A stretch of 64,000 nucleotides of DNA from Ascoidea asiatica JCM 7603 (GCA_001600695.1 BCKQ01000001.1:2423520-2487519); one strand, 5' to 3'. Numbered from the stretch's first letter, positions 43,951 through 55,700 are shown. The notes: generated by a model not told the origin, from the letters alone. Translations and numbers: made by a program.

Positions 43951-45480
43951 TTATAGTTTATCATCTTTAATTTGACAAGCGTATTGCGCAGTATCTTCTG
44001 CTCTTCTTCTTCCTTCAATAAAATCCATCATTTCACCATAAGTTTCAGGTAAAACAGTAGAATACCCAGGAATATTGGGAGATGCAGGATCTGAGTCTCT
44101 TGGTACAAAAAAAGAAAAAATAAAAGATCCACTTTTTATGTGTTTAGAATCACCTAGAGCTCTAACAGTTGTGTCTACTTTTACTTGAATAACAGTCCCC
44201 GGTCTCGAAAGGAAATCATCTGGATTTGTTGTTAAAACATTTGCCGGAGTTAAATCAAAATGGTTTAATTTTTTCATTTCTTCTGGCATAGTGTTAGGAT
44301 TTGGTAAATCAGCTTCATGAATATGTTCGGTATAACAAACCGAAGCATTCATATATAAAACAGAACCAACAGGAACTGGAGCTCTAAATGTTGTTGTATC
44401 TAAGGAAATAAACCTTGGAGGAGCATGAGCAAAAGCGGCTGAACAACAGTAAGCAAGCTCAAAACTTTGTCTCATTAAATAACCACCAAATATCATATAT
44501 GAATGCCTATTTCTATATTGAGGTTGCATGAATAAAGAGGAACTAATTTTTGTATCTTTCATTGTTGTAATACCATCTTCAGGATTTGCATTTTCTTGAA
44601 CTTTTTTAGACACAGTCCAAAGTTTATGGATTAAAGTAGATTCAGCAAAAGAAGGAATTGTTTTATTTAAATCTTGAGTTGAAGCTCTTAATTTTTTAGC
44701 GGCGTTGTGAGATTCAGCTCTTCTAAAGTCAAGCCATTCTTCTTCTGAAATTGGCAATAATTTATTTATTGGGAAGGATTTATGAGTTTCAGGATTTCTT
44801 GCAACAAAAGTAAAATTAGCTGATAATATAACATCATCATCTTTTATTAATTCTTGAGTAATTTTTCCATCCTTTGGTAAAGTTTGCTTATGATCTAAAG
44901 CTTTAATTGTAATTTCCATTGAAGATCTACCAACCCAAGTTACACAACCAGCTAAAATTACATTACTTGAGGATATATCGTCAATTCTTTTAAGCATGTA
45001 AATTCGATCAACTGAGGCGGTGACTATCATTGGCTCAGCTGGTGCACAGTGTCTATAAGCAATGGTCCCAGCTAAAGCATCTAAATCTTGAAATAATTGG
45101 CCAATTCTTAATCTTCCAAAAGCATTGACATAAGCATCACAAAGTCTCGCGTCATCTTTGAAAGGTAAAGTTAATACAGAAAATGAATCATCTCTGGTTT
45201 TTTCTATTATTTTTGAAGGGCCAACTTTGTTATAAGAATAAGAATCAATAATTTTACCTTTTGCCAATTGAATTTTTCTTTCTGATAATGCTTCAAGCCA
45301 AGTTGCAGTTTTAGGTAAATTTTCAGTACGGCGTTTAATTTCTAAAGAATCAGATAATACAGTTGTGGTAGCATCTAAAGAGTCCTGAGGCTTGCTTAAA
45401 ATACTATTATATCTATTAAAAGGTGAATTTTTTAGAGCACATTTAGGAATACTTTTCAAAATTAGTGTGGTTCTCAACAT
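43951..45480 (-). CDS. mitochondrial double hot-dog acyl-CoA thioesterase (ACOT9-like)
   Basis: GRLRIGQLFQDLDALAG, IVTASVDRI, VTWVGRSSME, IFGGYLMRQSFELA, FRAPVPVGS; basic presequence-like N-terminus. Confidence 0.85.
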   Translation of the reverse strand: MLRTTLILKSIPKCALKNSPFNRYNSILSKPQDSLDATTTVLSDSLEIKRRTENLPKTATWLEALSERKIQLAKGKIIDSYSYNKVGPSKIIEKTRDDSFSVLTLPFKDDARLCDAYVNAFGRLRIGQLFQDLDALAGTIAYRHCAPAEPMIVTASVDRIYMLKRIDDISSSNVILAGCVTWVGRSSMEITIKALDHKQTLPKDGKITQELIKDDDVILSANFTFVARNPETHKSFPINKLLPISEEEWLDFRRAESHNAAKKLRASTQDLNKTIPSFAESTLIHKLWTVSKKVQENANPEDGITTMKDTKISSSLFMQPQYRNRHSYMIFGGYLMRQSFELAYCCSAAFAHAPPRFISLDTTTFRAPVPVGSVLYMNASVCYTEHIHEADLPNPNTMPEEMKKLNHFDLTPANVLTTNPDDFLSRPGTVIQVKVDTTVRALGDSKHIKSGSFIFSFFVPRDSDPASPNIPGYSTVLPETYGEMMDFIEGRRRAEDTAQYACQIKDDKL

Positions 45481-46175
45481 TTTTAAAGATTATCGAAAAT
45501 TGCAAGTAGTTTGGAACCTTCTATTAATTATTGGAAGGTTTAGAAAAAAAAAAAAAAAGAGGAAAAATAAAGAATTGAAGTAATTATATACTACACTCAG
45601 TAAAAAAAAAAACCAAAAATTCAATACCTACAAATCTTTATCGATAAAATTAAGTTTATTTCCAATTTCATTTTTCGATAGATTCTAAATCAATCAAAGA
45701 AAATGGAAAGTCGGAACTGACAGATAAGAGGCAAATATTCTTGTCACATGGCCGGAACTCTTGTATTTAACTGGATTGAATGCTGAACAGAGGAGTTAGG
45801 AGCGAGTTTCGGCCAGGTCGGAAAAACTAATACCGGCCTGTTCAGTTGGAAGTGCCCCTCGATTTCCTGTCGAGACTCCTCAGACTCAGACTGATCTCGG
45901 CCTAAAATAAGGACTCATTGCCATCAATTTGCTAAATTTGAGTTGGATTCGTGGCATAAATTTTGCTTTTCTTTGTAACCTTAGCTACTTTTGGTGTTAC
46001 AAAAAAGAAGCGTCACCACCATATGGACAATTTTGAAATTTGATTTACTAGATTTTTTTACATCAGTTTAGTTTTTTGGTTTCTCCCACTAAAAAAATTA
46101 GCATAAATTAATACAGTACATAATAACAAATCAAAGAAAAAAGATCAAAAAACAAATAGTATCAACGTTAATTTA

Positions 46176-48227
46176 TTATATAAACTCATCATCATCAGAA
46201 TCACTATCGAAATAATTATCCACAGATTTTTTAGAAAAGTCAAACTCAAAGCCGTTTTCGAGATACGATTCAAGCTCTTTTCTTTTTCTTTCTTCTTCTT
46301 CTTTTTTTTTAACATCCTCTTCTAGTTTCTTTAATTCAAGTTCTTTTTTCCTTGCTAGTCTTCTCTTTTTATGAAGCAATTGTTTTTTGATTTTAAAAAA
46401 TGTATCTTGCACTTCAGCATTATAAATTTCTTGTACTTTTAGTGAATTAGTCGTTATACTTGGAGCTTGCACATATGTTATAGGGCAGGGCCCAATTAAT
46501 TTGGCAACTTTAACATATGGGCTATTTTCAATATCTATTAATTTTTTTTTCTTTATGTTTTCCCTTTTATTTTTCAATTCATGATATTCTTTTGCATATT
46601 TCACTACATCAAATGGTTTTAGTTCTTGGTGAATAATTATACCAGGCAAATCTTTGATAAATTTTGCATCTTGTCCATTACTTAATTCTTTAATTTGATT
46701 ATTAACACTAACATCACTAACAGAACTCAAATTCTGAAAACTATCAAAGCTCTTATTAGGCTCTAAAGAAAATTCTTCTTTGAAATCTTCTCCGGGACTA
46801 ATATTGTAAAAATTATTTGATGTTTCAGTCGAAGGTCGACTTAACTTCACTTTAAAGTGAAGTCCATTTGAAGACCTGGGATAATTTTTTTCCTTGATTA
46901 TAATTGGCTCTTCCATATTTGACTTCTGTTTTTCTAATATAGGTGAAGCTGTTCCTATATTGCTGCTATTATTAATTCCATTATTTGAACTTGAATTTAG
47001 GATTATTGAATCATTCTTCTGAGCGAAAGTTGAGTTAAGATTTCCATCCGAAAATAAAATTAATTCCTCTGTATCTTTTATTTTTATCTGTTTCTTTTCT
47101 TCAATATCTTTATCGAGATTCTTACTAGTGTCGCCATCGTTTTTTGAATCATTTTCACTTTCATCTGAAGATGTTATCGCTAAATTATTGAAATCCTCAG
47201 CATCTTCGATTAACATATTATAAACGGCATATATATCATTTTCTTTTTTATCTTGATTTTGATATAGATCTATTGGTTTAAACTGACTAGCATGATTTAT
47301 ATGGTTTATATCATCTATACTGACTTTTCTTTTTTTCTTTTCCTTTTTTATAAAATTGATATTTTTAATTAAATTAGATAAATTTCTAGATGCAATATCA
47401 CTTTCTTGTACTAACTTTTGTTTTAAATTTTTTTCATTTCGAATAATAGTTGTGAATTGAGGTGAAGATTTGTAAGTATATTCTGGAGGAAAACTGGGTA
47501 AGTATTTTGGAATGAATGATTTTTTTTTTTGTTTTGAAGAAAATAAAAAATTTAAAGTATCTTGAAAAGAGTTTTCAAAATGAGAATCTATTGATGATTT
47601 AATTGAAATTTCTTTATTATTATTATTATTGCTATTTTCATCTTTATTTCCAATTATTTGTTTGTTTATACTATTCGATTTTGCAAAAAATTTTGAACGA
47701 GAATATTCCTGAAATAAATCTTTCAAAAATATGTTATTTTGAACTAAACACAATTTTAAATCTGAGAAACCTGGAATATGCCTTCTTTGATATACAACTA
47801 TTTTATTTAATCTAGATAAAATTTTATTGAAATATTGGGAAGCTAATATTGTTAAAAATTCAATTGAATATTCGGATATATGTTCAATTGATAAAGATCT
47901 CAAAATTGAAAGTATTGCCTTTGACATATATTGATAATTTGGATCCAAATCATTGAATGTTGAGGTAACTTTGATAATCTGAGGTTCCAAATAAATTTCG
48001 GAACTGCTCATTGGGAATTGTTTTTCAATTTTTCTTTTAATAGTTTTATCACTATAATTCTTCTCAACAATAAACGCCTTTTCACTACTTCTATTAGTAT
48101 TTGCTGTTGAATTTCTGGACTGATCCTTTGCAATTGCTTCTGGCGATTCAATTTTTTCACTTGAATCTTTTTCTTCTTTGGGTCTAATTTGTTCATTTTC
48201 TTGGATAGCGGTGCCATAATTTGTCAT
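46176..48227 (-). CDS. TAF8: TFIID subunit Taf8
   Basis: Histone-fold-like segment ending QRRHIPGFSDL and the TAF8 motif FIPKYLPSFPPEYTYKSSP. First ATG at 48227 (track start is TTG). Confidence 0.8.
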   Translation of the reverse strand: MTNYGTAIQENEQIRPKEEKDSSEKIESPEAIAKDQSRNSTANTNRSSEKAFIVEKNYSDKTIKRKIEKQFPMSSSEIYLEPQIIKVTSTFNDLDPNYQYMSKAILSILRSLSIEHISEYSIEFLTILASQYFNKILSRLNKIVVYQRRHIPGFSDLKLCLVQNNIFLKDLFQEYSRSKFFAKSNSINKQIIGNKDENSNNNNNKEISIKSSIDSHFENSFQDTLNFLFSSKQKKKSFIPKYLPSFPPEYTYKSSPQFTTIIRNEKNLKQKLVQESDIASRNLSNLIKNINFIKKEKKKRKVSIDDINHINHASQFKPIDLYQNQDKKENDIYAVYNMLIEDAEDFNNLAITSSDESENDSKNDGDTSKNLDKDIEEKKQIKIKDTEELILFSDGNLNSTFAQKNDSIILNSSSNNGINNSSNIGTASPILEKQKSNMEEPIIIKEKNYPRSSNGLHFKVKLSRPSTETSNNFYNISPGEDFKEEFSLEPNKSFDSFQNLSSVSDVSVNNQIKELSNGQDAKFIKDLPGIIIHQELKPFDVVKYAKEYHELKNKRENIKKKKLIDIENSPYVKVAKLIGPCPITYVQAPSITTNSLKVQEIYNAEVQDTFFKIKKQLLHKKRRLARKKELELKKLEEDVKKKEEEERKRKELESYLENGFEFDFSKKSVDNYFDSDSDDDEFI

Positions 48228-48434
48228 TCTAGTGCTTTGAAGGGTTAATATTATACAATTGCTATCATTAATCAAGTTTTTAGAATTATTCAATAATTAT
48301 CAGATTGATCAATTAGAATGAATTCCAAAGATTAGTTGCTTATCGTGTTTTTTTAAAGTCTATGTTTTTGTTTTCCTGTTTTTTCTTCTACTTTCATTTC
48401 AAAAGACTCTAATTTTTGGTGTCATAGATCCAGA

Positions 48435-48442
48435 CCGGGTAA
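48435..48442. promoter_or_regulatory. Reb1-type site CCGGGTAA in the short divergent TAF8/TMA108 promoter
   Basis: Perfect consensus between two divergent starts. Confidence 0.55.
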
Positions 48443-48566
48443 TACATAAATACATTTTTCAAATATTAGGAGACCTTAATTGAGGTAATGCATTAAGCTC
48501 AACATTCTAAATTTCGAAAAATTGTGATTTGACATCAAAATATTTGAAAAAGAACTACTAAAAAGT

Positions 48567-51560
48567 ATGATATATTTTTTCAGAATCAACAAGAGATTGG
48601 CTTTTAAACTAATAAAATATTTGTGCTCTTTAGTTCAACTTCCAAATATGATTGCAAATGATAAAAGCAAAGGAATACCTACTCCTTTAGTTCTCTTAAA
48701 TTCATTTCTTCCTTCGATCTATGATTTATCAGTTACAATTTTACATACAAAGGCTAATTATAAAGGTACTTTGGATATTTGGTTTTCAAAAAATATTGAT
48801 TGTTTTTTAATTCAGCCTAAAGAACACCTCATTATTACACTTAATTGCTCCGATATCATAATAACTGGTGCTGAATTTCATTATAAAGACAATTCCTCCC
48901 ATGCTGCAAAAGTATCTTATCAAAGATCTAATGAAAGAGTAACATTAAGTACTCCTATGGATATAGACAATTTTAGTGCTTTAAAACATTTTAAACTAAG
49001 TTTATCATTTATTGGAATTATTGATAAAATTAAAACATTTAAAGATTTAACTAAAGGAGTTTTTCAAACAAATTTTTTGGATTTAAATAATGCTTCAAAC
49101 TTCATTATATCCACTCATACTCAAGCTTCTTTTGCAAGAACCATATTTCCATGCATCGATGAACCAGCCCATAAAGCTAAAGTAAAATTTTCAATAACTT
49201 GTAGCACAAGATTTTCTTGTATCAGCAATATGTCAGTCGCATCACAAGAGATTTTGAAAAACTCAGATTCTCAAGGAGCTGAAGATCAATTAAAAAAAAC
49301 TACTTTCAAAGAGTCGCCTCCTTTAGCTCTTTCGGTTTTTGCTTTTGTTGTTGGTGATCTTGATTATATAGAAAACAAAATTTCTCTTTCTGGTTATTCT
49401 GAATTTCCCATCAGAATTTATTTTCAGAAGTCTCAGCTACAAGCCAGTCAAAATGATTTTGATTTAAAGCTTTCTGAAGCATACTCAAGATCTTTAGATT
49501 TGGCTTCGAAAACTTTAATCGTAATCGAAGAGAAGATTTTAAAGTATAAGTATCCTTTAGATAAGTTGGATATAATTTCTCTTCCATTTTTATCGGATGG
49601 TGCTATGGAAAATTGGGGGTTGATTTCAATTCAAGCTAATGTTTTCTCGTCTTCATTGTCTCAACTAAGTGAAGTTATTGTTCATGAATTGGTTCATCAA
49701 TGGTTTGGTAATCTAGTTACTTTAGATGAATGGCATCATCTCTGGTTAAATGAGTCCTTTGCAACCTGGTTGGCTTATCAAAGTTTGAATCAAATTTACC
49801 CTCTAGAAAATAAATGGATCGAGAAAATGAAAGATATGGAGGCTTCTATGAATCGTGATTGTTCATCGGATAATTTATCTATCTACACAGCAACAACAAA
49901 GAAGATCAATGAATCATTATCTTCTGCAAGAGAAGTAAAGCAAACCCAGGATGTATTTGAGAATTATTCTTACCAAAAAGGGATTTTCTTACTAAGAATG
50001 ATTTCTAACTTAATTCAAAATGATAATTTTGTTGACGGTAGTATTAATAAATTCTATGACTCAATGTGTAAATTTCTAGAATTGAAGCAATTTAGTTCTT
50101 TCAAGCCAATTGACCTCTGGAAATATCTAAATGGAAGCTCTAAATTTGATATACCAGGATTCGTTAATTCTTGGTTCAGACTTCCTGGTTTACCTATCCT
50201 ATTGGTTTCAATAGACAAAGTTTCGAACAAAATAATTGTTGAACAACACCGCTATTATTTTACTGCAGCTGATATTCCTCTGAACCAAATGAATCTTATT
50301 GAAGATACTCCTTTTCACGTTCCATTAGCAATCAAATTGCGCAACCAAAAAATACAGAATGTGATGCTTACGGATAGAAAATTAACATTAGATGTACCAT
50401 TTCATGATTTTGTAAAGCTTAATTCTAATAAAGTGGGTTATTGGAGGACAAAATATAATGATCTTGAACTTTTTGATAAAATAGGTTTATCTATTTCACA
50501 ACTTTCCACGTTTGATGTTCTTGACGTCATATATAATTTAGAATCTTTAATATCTAATAATTATACAGCGTTTATCAAAGATGATAAAGATAGATCTATA
50601 GAGATTCAAGGGTTTTTCAAAATCGCTGATTATTATTTGGCTTTCACAGAAATTAATTTCAGTCGCAATAATTATAAGGTTTTATCTATTTTGTTGAGAA
50701 TGATTGAAAATTTTCAAACCTCTATAATTGGTTATTTTGCTGACGCTTTGCAAAAATCATCGTTCACATGTTGGCTAAAAGCTTTTATTTCAAGATTGTT
50801 CAAAGCAATTCCTACGTGGCCATCTAAGTACACAATGGATGATTATGATGATGATGAAATTGACACTAGAAGTGCCATTATTATGATTGGCATTGATTTA
50901 CATGAGATTAATGAATATGCAAAAACAATGTTTAAAATATTAGTGCATGGTCCTAAAAGTTCGATACCAAAGAAACTAATATCAGCCGTTTTGAATAATA
51001 TGTCTTATAATTGCAAAAATACTAAGGCATTTAAACAAATATTGCAATTGACCACCAGATCATCTGCTATAAATTTACCAAACATTGTAGAAGTCAATTT
51101 AACAAGTTTGCAGGAGCTACAAACTTTTGCTGTTACATCTCTAGGCTTCGTCAATGACGAAGAGATTTTCACCAAAAAAGTTTTGAATTATGTCAAGACG
51201 AATATTGATACTAAAAGTATTGAATTAGCCTTGATCGGGTGCAGTCACATAAGAACTAATAAAAATTATGCTAGGTTATGGAATTGGCTAAAACTAAATT
51301 ACACCAAGTGGTATCATAAAACTCTCCTAGCAGGATCCCAAAGTTCCAATGATATGCAAACAACATTGAACAACATTTTAGAAATTGCCTTCAAAAAACT
51401 CTTCATGAATGATGAAACACTGGAAATCGAGAATTTCATCAGACTTTATAAAAGCAATGGAAACCTTAAATCCGTTTATGAAAAGGTAAAAGCTGAACAA
51501 AATGATTATAAATTGTTAGCAAATCAACTTTCAAGTTCTCAATTCGTATTTTCATTGTAA
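48567..51560 (+). CDS. TMA108: M1-family aminopeptidase-like protein, Tma108-like (start may be 48648)
   Basis: THTQASFARTIFPCIDEP, GAMENWGLI, HELVH-x18-E, SYQKG. Divergent from Ape2/Aap1 and next to REV7, like S. cerevisiae YIL137C/YIL139C. Confidence 0.75.
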   Translation: MIYFFRINKRLAFKLIKYLCSLVQLPNMIANDKSKGIPTPLVLLNSFLPSIYDLSVTILHTKANYKGTLDIWFSKNIDCFLIQPKEHLIITLNCSDIIITGAEFHYKDNSSHAAKVSYQRSNERVTLSTPMDIDNFSALKHFKLSLSFIGIIDKIKTFKDLTKGVFQTNFLDLNNASNFIISTHTQASFARTIFPCIDEPAHKAKVKFSITCSTRFSCISNMSVASQEILKNSDSQGAEDQLKKTTFKESPPLALSVFAFVVGDLDYIENKISLSGYSEFPIRIYFQKSQLQASQNDFDLKLSEAYSRSLDLASKTLIVIEEKILKYKYPLDKLDIISLPFLSDGAMENWGLISIQANVFSSSLSQLSEVIVHELVHQWFGNLVTLDEWHHLWLNESFATWLAYQSLNQIYPLENKWIEKMKDMEASMNRDCSSDNLSIYTATTKKINESLSSAREVKQTQDVFENYSYQKGIFLLRMISNLIQNDNFVDGSINKFYDSMCKFLELKQFSSFKPIDLWKYLNGSSKFDIPGFVNSWFRLPGLPILLVSIDKVSNKIIVEQHRYYFTAADIPLNQMNLIEDTPFHVPLAIKLRNQKIQNVMLTDRKLTLDVPFHDFVKLNSNKVGYWRTKYNDLELFDKIGLSISQLSTFDVLDVIYNLESLISNNYTAFIKDDKDRSIEIQGFFKIADYYLAFTEINFSRNNYKVLSILLRMIENFQTSIIGYFADALQKSSFTCWLKAFISRLFKAIPTWPSKYTMDDYDDDEIDTRSAIIMIGIDLHEINEYAKTMFKILVHGPKSSIPKKLISAVLNNMSYNCKNTKAFKQILQLTTRSSAINLPNIVEVNLTSLQELQTFAVTSLGFVNDEEIFTKKVLNYVKTNIDTKSIELALIGCSHIRTNKNYARLWNWLKLNYTKWYHKTLLAGSQSSNDMQTTLNNILEIAFKKLFMNDETLEIENFIRLYKSNGNLKSVYEKVKAEQNDYKLLANQLSSSQFVFSL

Positions 51561-52351
51561 TGCGCACTTTCTATGTAGCTTTCAAAAGCCAAAGGGCCCA
51601 AAAAAATGGATCGTAAAGACCTAATTTCAATGTTATTCTTCTTTCGAAAAAACTTTTCGTCATGCTCATAGTCTTTCTTGTTAATATTAAGAGTATTATT
51701 TTCTGTATTTATAGTGTCTGTACTACCTAATATCCAATCATTTGCGTCAAAATTATCCATATGTAGATTGTTTTCGGATTCCAAATAGATCTGAAAAGAG
51801 TAAGAATAATTAGTTTCTTCTGTTTTAGAAATCGAGGATATTAAGTCAAATATATATGCCTTAAATTCTTCATATACATCATCCCATGATAGATTAGAGT
51901 CAACATATGGATTATGTAAAAGATCATTAGGGATAATATAAAGATTAGACAAATCTATTACAAATCTTTCCACAGGCATAGGCTCTTTAGCACTAATAAT
52001 CTCATTCTCGAAAATTATTAAAGATAATATCTTAGAATCAGCTGAATCAGATTGCTGATCGGAAAGAAGAAGATTATTGAGAAAACTCGCAACAAACCGA
52101 TCTTGCCACTTTTGAACCTTGGGATTTCTATTGGCCTGAAATGATATACCAAAAAAATTATTCATATTATTCTTACTAAATGATTCCTTAGGATACAAAT
52201 TTTTATGATACGTGATTACATTTAACCAAACTTTCAAAAATTCACCGAAAAGAATATATAAGTTATACGGAGTTATTGGCATCGATCCATCCAAATTAAA
52301 ATCTGGCTTGAATTCAGTTTTTGAATTTTCTGTTTCTATGTTGGAAAGCAT
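51539..52351 (-). CDS. REV7: HORMA-domain DNA polymerase zeta subunit Rev7
   Basis: EFLKVWLNVITYHKNLYPKESF, NRNPKV and PVERFVIDLS are Rev7-type HORMA motifs; synteny with TMA108. Confidence 0.8.
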   Translation of the reverse strand: MLSNIETENSKTEFKPDFNLDGSMPITPYNLYILFGEFLKVWLNVITYHKNLYPKESFSKNNMNNFFGISFQANRNPKVQKWQDRFVASFLNNLLLSDQQSDSADSKILSLIIFENEIISAKEPMPVERFVIDLSNLYIIPNDLLHNPYVDSNLSWDDVYEEFKAYIFDLISSISKTEETNYSYSFQIYLESENNLHMDNFDANDWILGSTDTINTENNTLNINKKDYEHDEKFFRKKNNIEIRSLRSIFLGPLAFESYIESAHYNENTN

Positions 52352-52714
52352 TTTCTTGACTATAAATATGTTGAAACTATGTTAGATTACCATGATTTAA
52401 TATGGCAAGAAATTTTTCCAGTACTCATTGAAAATATATTGGATTTATAATGTTCGGTTAAGCTTTTCTTATTGATAAAAACAGAAGGGTAACCCTTTAC
52501 TTGACTCAGCTTTCATTGTATTCTTATGAAAAGTAAACGATACTGTAAATATTGAATAGCAATAAAAAGAGCTACAATAATAAAAAGACCTCTAATAAAC
52601 ATAAAAAATAGAATATAAAAGTAGAGTATAGAGATTAAATACAATTAAAAAAAATTAATAAAAATGAAACAAAAAAATAATACGATTTATTTACAAAACA
52701 GAAAATAAGATCAA

Positions 52715-55700
52715 TCATTTTGAACCAAGCAATTTCTCTTTATCTTCATCAGATAATATACCAATGACATCAGATAATCCATTGACGAATTCAGATCGAT
52801 TTGTCTTCAATAGCTTGAATAAAGAATCTTTGACAAAATCCTTCCTCAAACCTGCTATTTTTTTTTCTATTAAAGATCCGTTAACTTCCAAAAATTTGGC
52901 AATAGCCTGATCATCCTCATAATCCAATGTAGCTGGAAGCCAACTTTTCAAAGTGGCAATTTGCTGTAATCTGGTAGCCTTTGGAAGTTCTTTGGCAATT
53001 CTTTTAATTATAAACTCTTCATATAATCTTCTTCTAGAACGTAAATAGAAAAACCGTCTTGCATTTTCCCAGATTAATTCTCTTCTTATAGTACCACGTT
53101 TCACCATATGTAAAGTTCGATCATGTAAATCGGCAAACTGAACAGCAACTTGAGAATAAATAGGGAATAAAGATCTCTCTCTTGCTTGAAGTTTAGAGTT
53201 AAGCTCAGCTTGTTCAGATTGAGTTAAAGATGGATTGCTTAATTCTTTTTTTAAATTTCCATATGTTTCATCCAATCTTTCCATAGTTTTGAGTAATTTG
53301 TCTTTTCTGTATTTGATACCAATCATACCTTGAGGTTCCAAAACACCTGCTCTGGATTCAGCATCAGCATACATTTCCATCATATCAGAATTGATAGTAG
53401 GATCTACAACAACCCAGGATCCACCTCTAAGTTCTCCAGTTGGTGGGATATATATAAATACAGGTTGTTTATATCCAACAAGAGCATCAACAATAAATGA
53501 ACCGTATTTTAAAACTTCGTTGTACATGTCACGTTGACCACCTGAAAAACCTCTCCAGTTTGCCAATACCATCAAAGGTAATTCTTCTCCATGATTGAAA
53601 TCGTTGATTGCTTGTGCTGTTTTGAATGCAGAATTTGGATACCAAACTTGTCCTGCTTCATTAACTAATATCTCGGTAGAATCTGGATTTGCTGGATCAG
53701 CAGGGGTTACATTTTCAACTGTTCTTGTTTCAACCGCAATTACTCCAAATGGTATACCACCTAATCTTGCTCTTCCTACAACAACTCCTTTAGCCCATCC
53801 TGATAATGTTTCAGTAAATGAATCTCTGTCAAAAAGACCAGGTAAAAATTCCCCTGAAGTTTCTTCTTTACCTTCAATCATCCATCTAACGTCATAAGGT
53901 TCATCTTTAGTTGGGACATATTCAATATCCCTATCCCATGGATCATCTTCATTTTCCAAAATAGGAAGATGTTGTCCTTTTTGAGCCGGAACATATGATA
54001 GCCACTCCATTATTTTTTCAACACCTTCAAGATCATCTGCACAAGTTAAATGAGAAACACCATTTCTGTACATAATTTGAGTTCCACCTAATTGCAAGTT
54101 AGAACTATAAACTTGTTTACCTAATAATTTGTTAATAGCAGGAGCACCTGTAAGAATTATAGGCTGACCCTCAATTTGAATCGCCCTTTGACCCAATCTT
54201 ACAAGATAAGCACCGATACCAACAGATCTACAGGTTACTAAGGTGATTGTAAATATGTCTTTATAGGCTTTAGATGTACTTCCAGCGATTAATCCTGAAC
54301 CACGTAAAGCATCGACCCCTACACCTTTAGAATGAATAGATTTTATGACAAATCTTTTCTCACCATTTACTGTAATTTCTTCCGAAATAACATTAGAAGA
54401 AGAAGAATTATCCAAAACATTCTTTCCTTCTGGGGTCATATATAAATATTCAAACCCCTTTTCAGGTTTACCTTCTTGATTCCAAGAAACTTTGAATAAG
54501 GATATTAACTCTTCGGCCAACCCAATTCTAGCACCGGAATTTGCAGAGAGATAAATTCTTGGTAAACCTTCTTGCCTAGCTTTTTCAGTAATTTTATCAA
54601 ATAGCACATCTTCTTCAGGACCAAAAGATCCAATTTTGAATGTTATATCATTGGCAACAACAAAAAATGAACGACCCATAGGATATTCTGGAGTTTTTAC
54701 TGTAACTTTGAAACCAACCATTCCAATCGTATTAGCACCGGGTTCCCGCTGAATAAAATGAATATAAGAACCGTCATATACAACTTCTTTATAACTAAAA
54801 AAATCAAAAGGAACATTGGACTTTGGAGCCAACTTTTTCCATTGAGTCAAAACAGCTTGTCTAAATAGTTCTGGAAAGTCATAAACATATGTGGTTCCCA
54901 TAAGGTGTGCTTTATATCTCTTAGGTTGTAACCATTCCTTTCCAGAATAAGGAGTGTCAATTGGTCTCAAATGCATGGACCCAGGTTGAGAGGAAATAGA
55001 TTTAAACACCCAGCTTCCTTCAGAGTTTTTTACCTCTGTGTATAGTTCAGATTTTACCACAAAACCAGAAACATTATTAATGAATGCTCTTAATGGGAAA
55101 GTTATTCCAGATGAAGGGTCAGTACAAGTAATACAGATTTCTGCTGCAGTGATTCTTAAACGCCATAATCTTCTACCAAATCTCTCTAAAAATCCTCCAA
55201 ACGCTGCCTCCACTTCCTTTGGTGTTACATTGAAGAAAGCTGAAAAATTTATAAAAATATGATTTAAATCAGAGTTACTGAGATCAATAACACTCAAACT
55301 GTCAAGAATATCACTCATTAAACGATTAGCTTCAGATATCAAATACTCGGCAGTAGATATATCATCTCTGATTCTTCCTGTCCTTATTATTCCTCTAGTG
55401 AAATATCTTTTATCAACTGACGAATTTTTTCCAACAGCTTCGTATATATGTATATTTCTGTTGTTTGTAAAAACTGGTTTTATATTAAAATTTGATAATC
55501 TGTTCAATTCTAACTGGAATGCTAAAGCTGGCTCGACATGTCTAATAACTTTTTCTTCATGATAATCTGGACCTCTAAAAGTATAGTATTTTGGATAAGA
55601 TCCTTTTTCATCCTCTAATACAAATGTAATACGGCGAATGGAAGCGCTAATAAGATCGTCTTTGAAATCAGTTAGGTATTCGTTAATTCTCTCTAAAACC

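Noticed and set aside
43951-43962. C-terminal DKL of the thioesterase as a peroxisomal PTS1
   Set aside because: Asp at position -3 and an acidic upstream residue do not fit the PTS1 consensus.
45705-45918. SRP helix-8-like GCCAGGTCGGAAA and RNase P/MRP CR-I-like GGAAAGTC
   Set aside because: The AGCAG half of helix 8 is missing, and the putative P4 pairing is only 4 bp.
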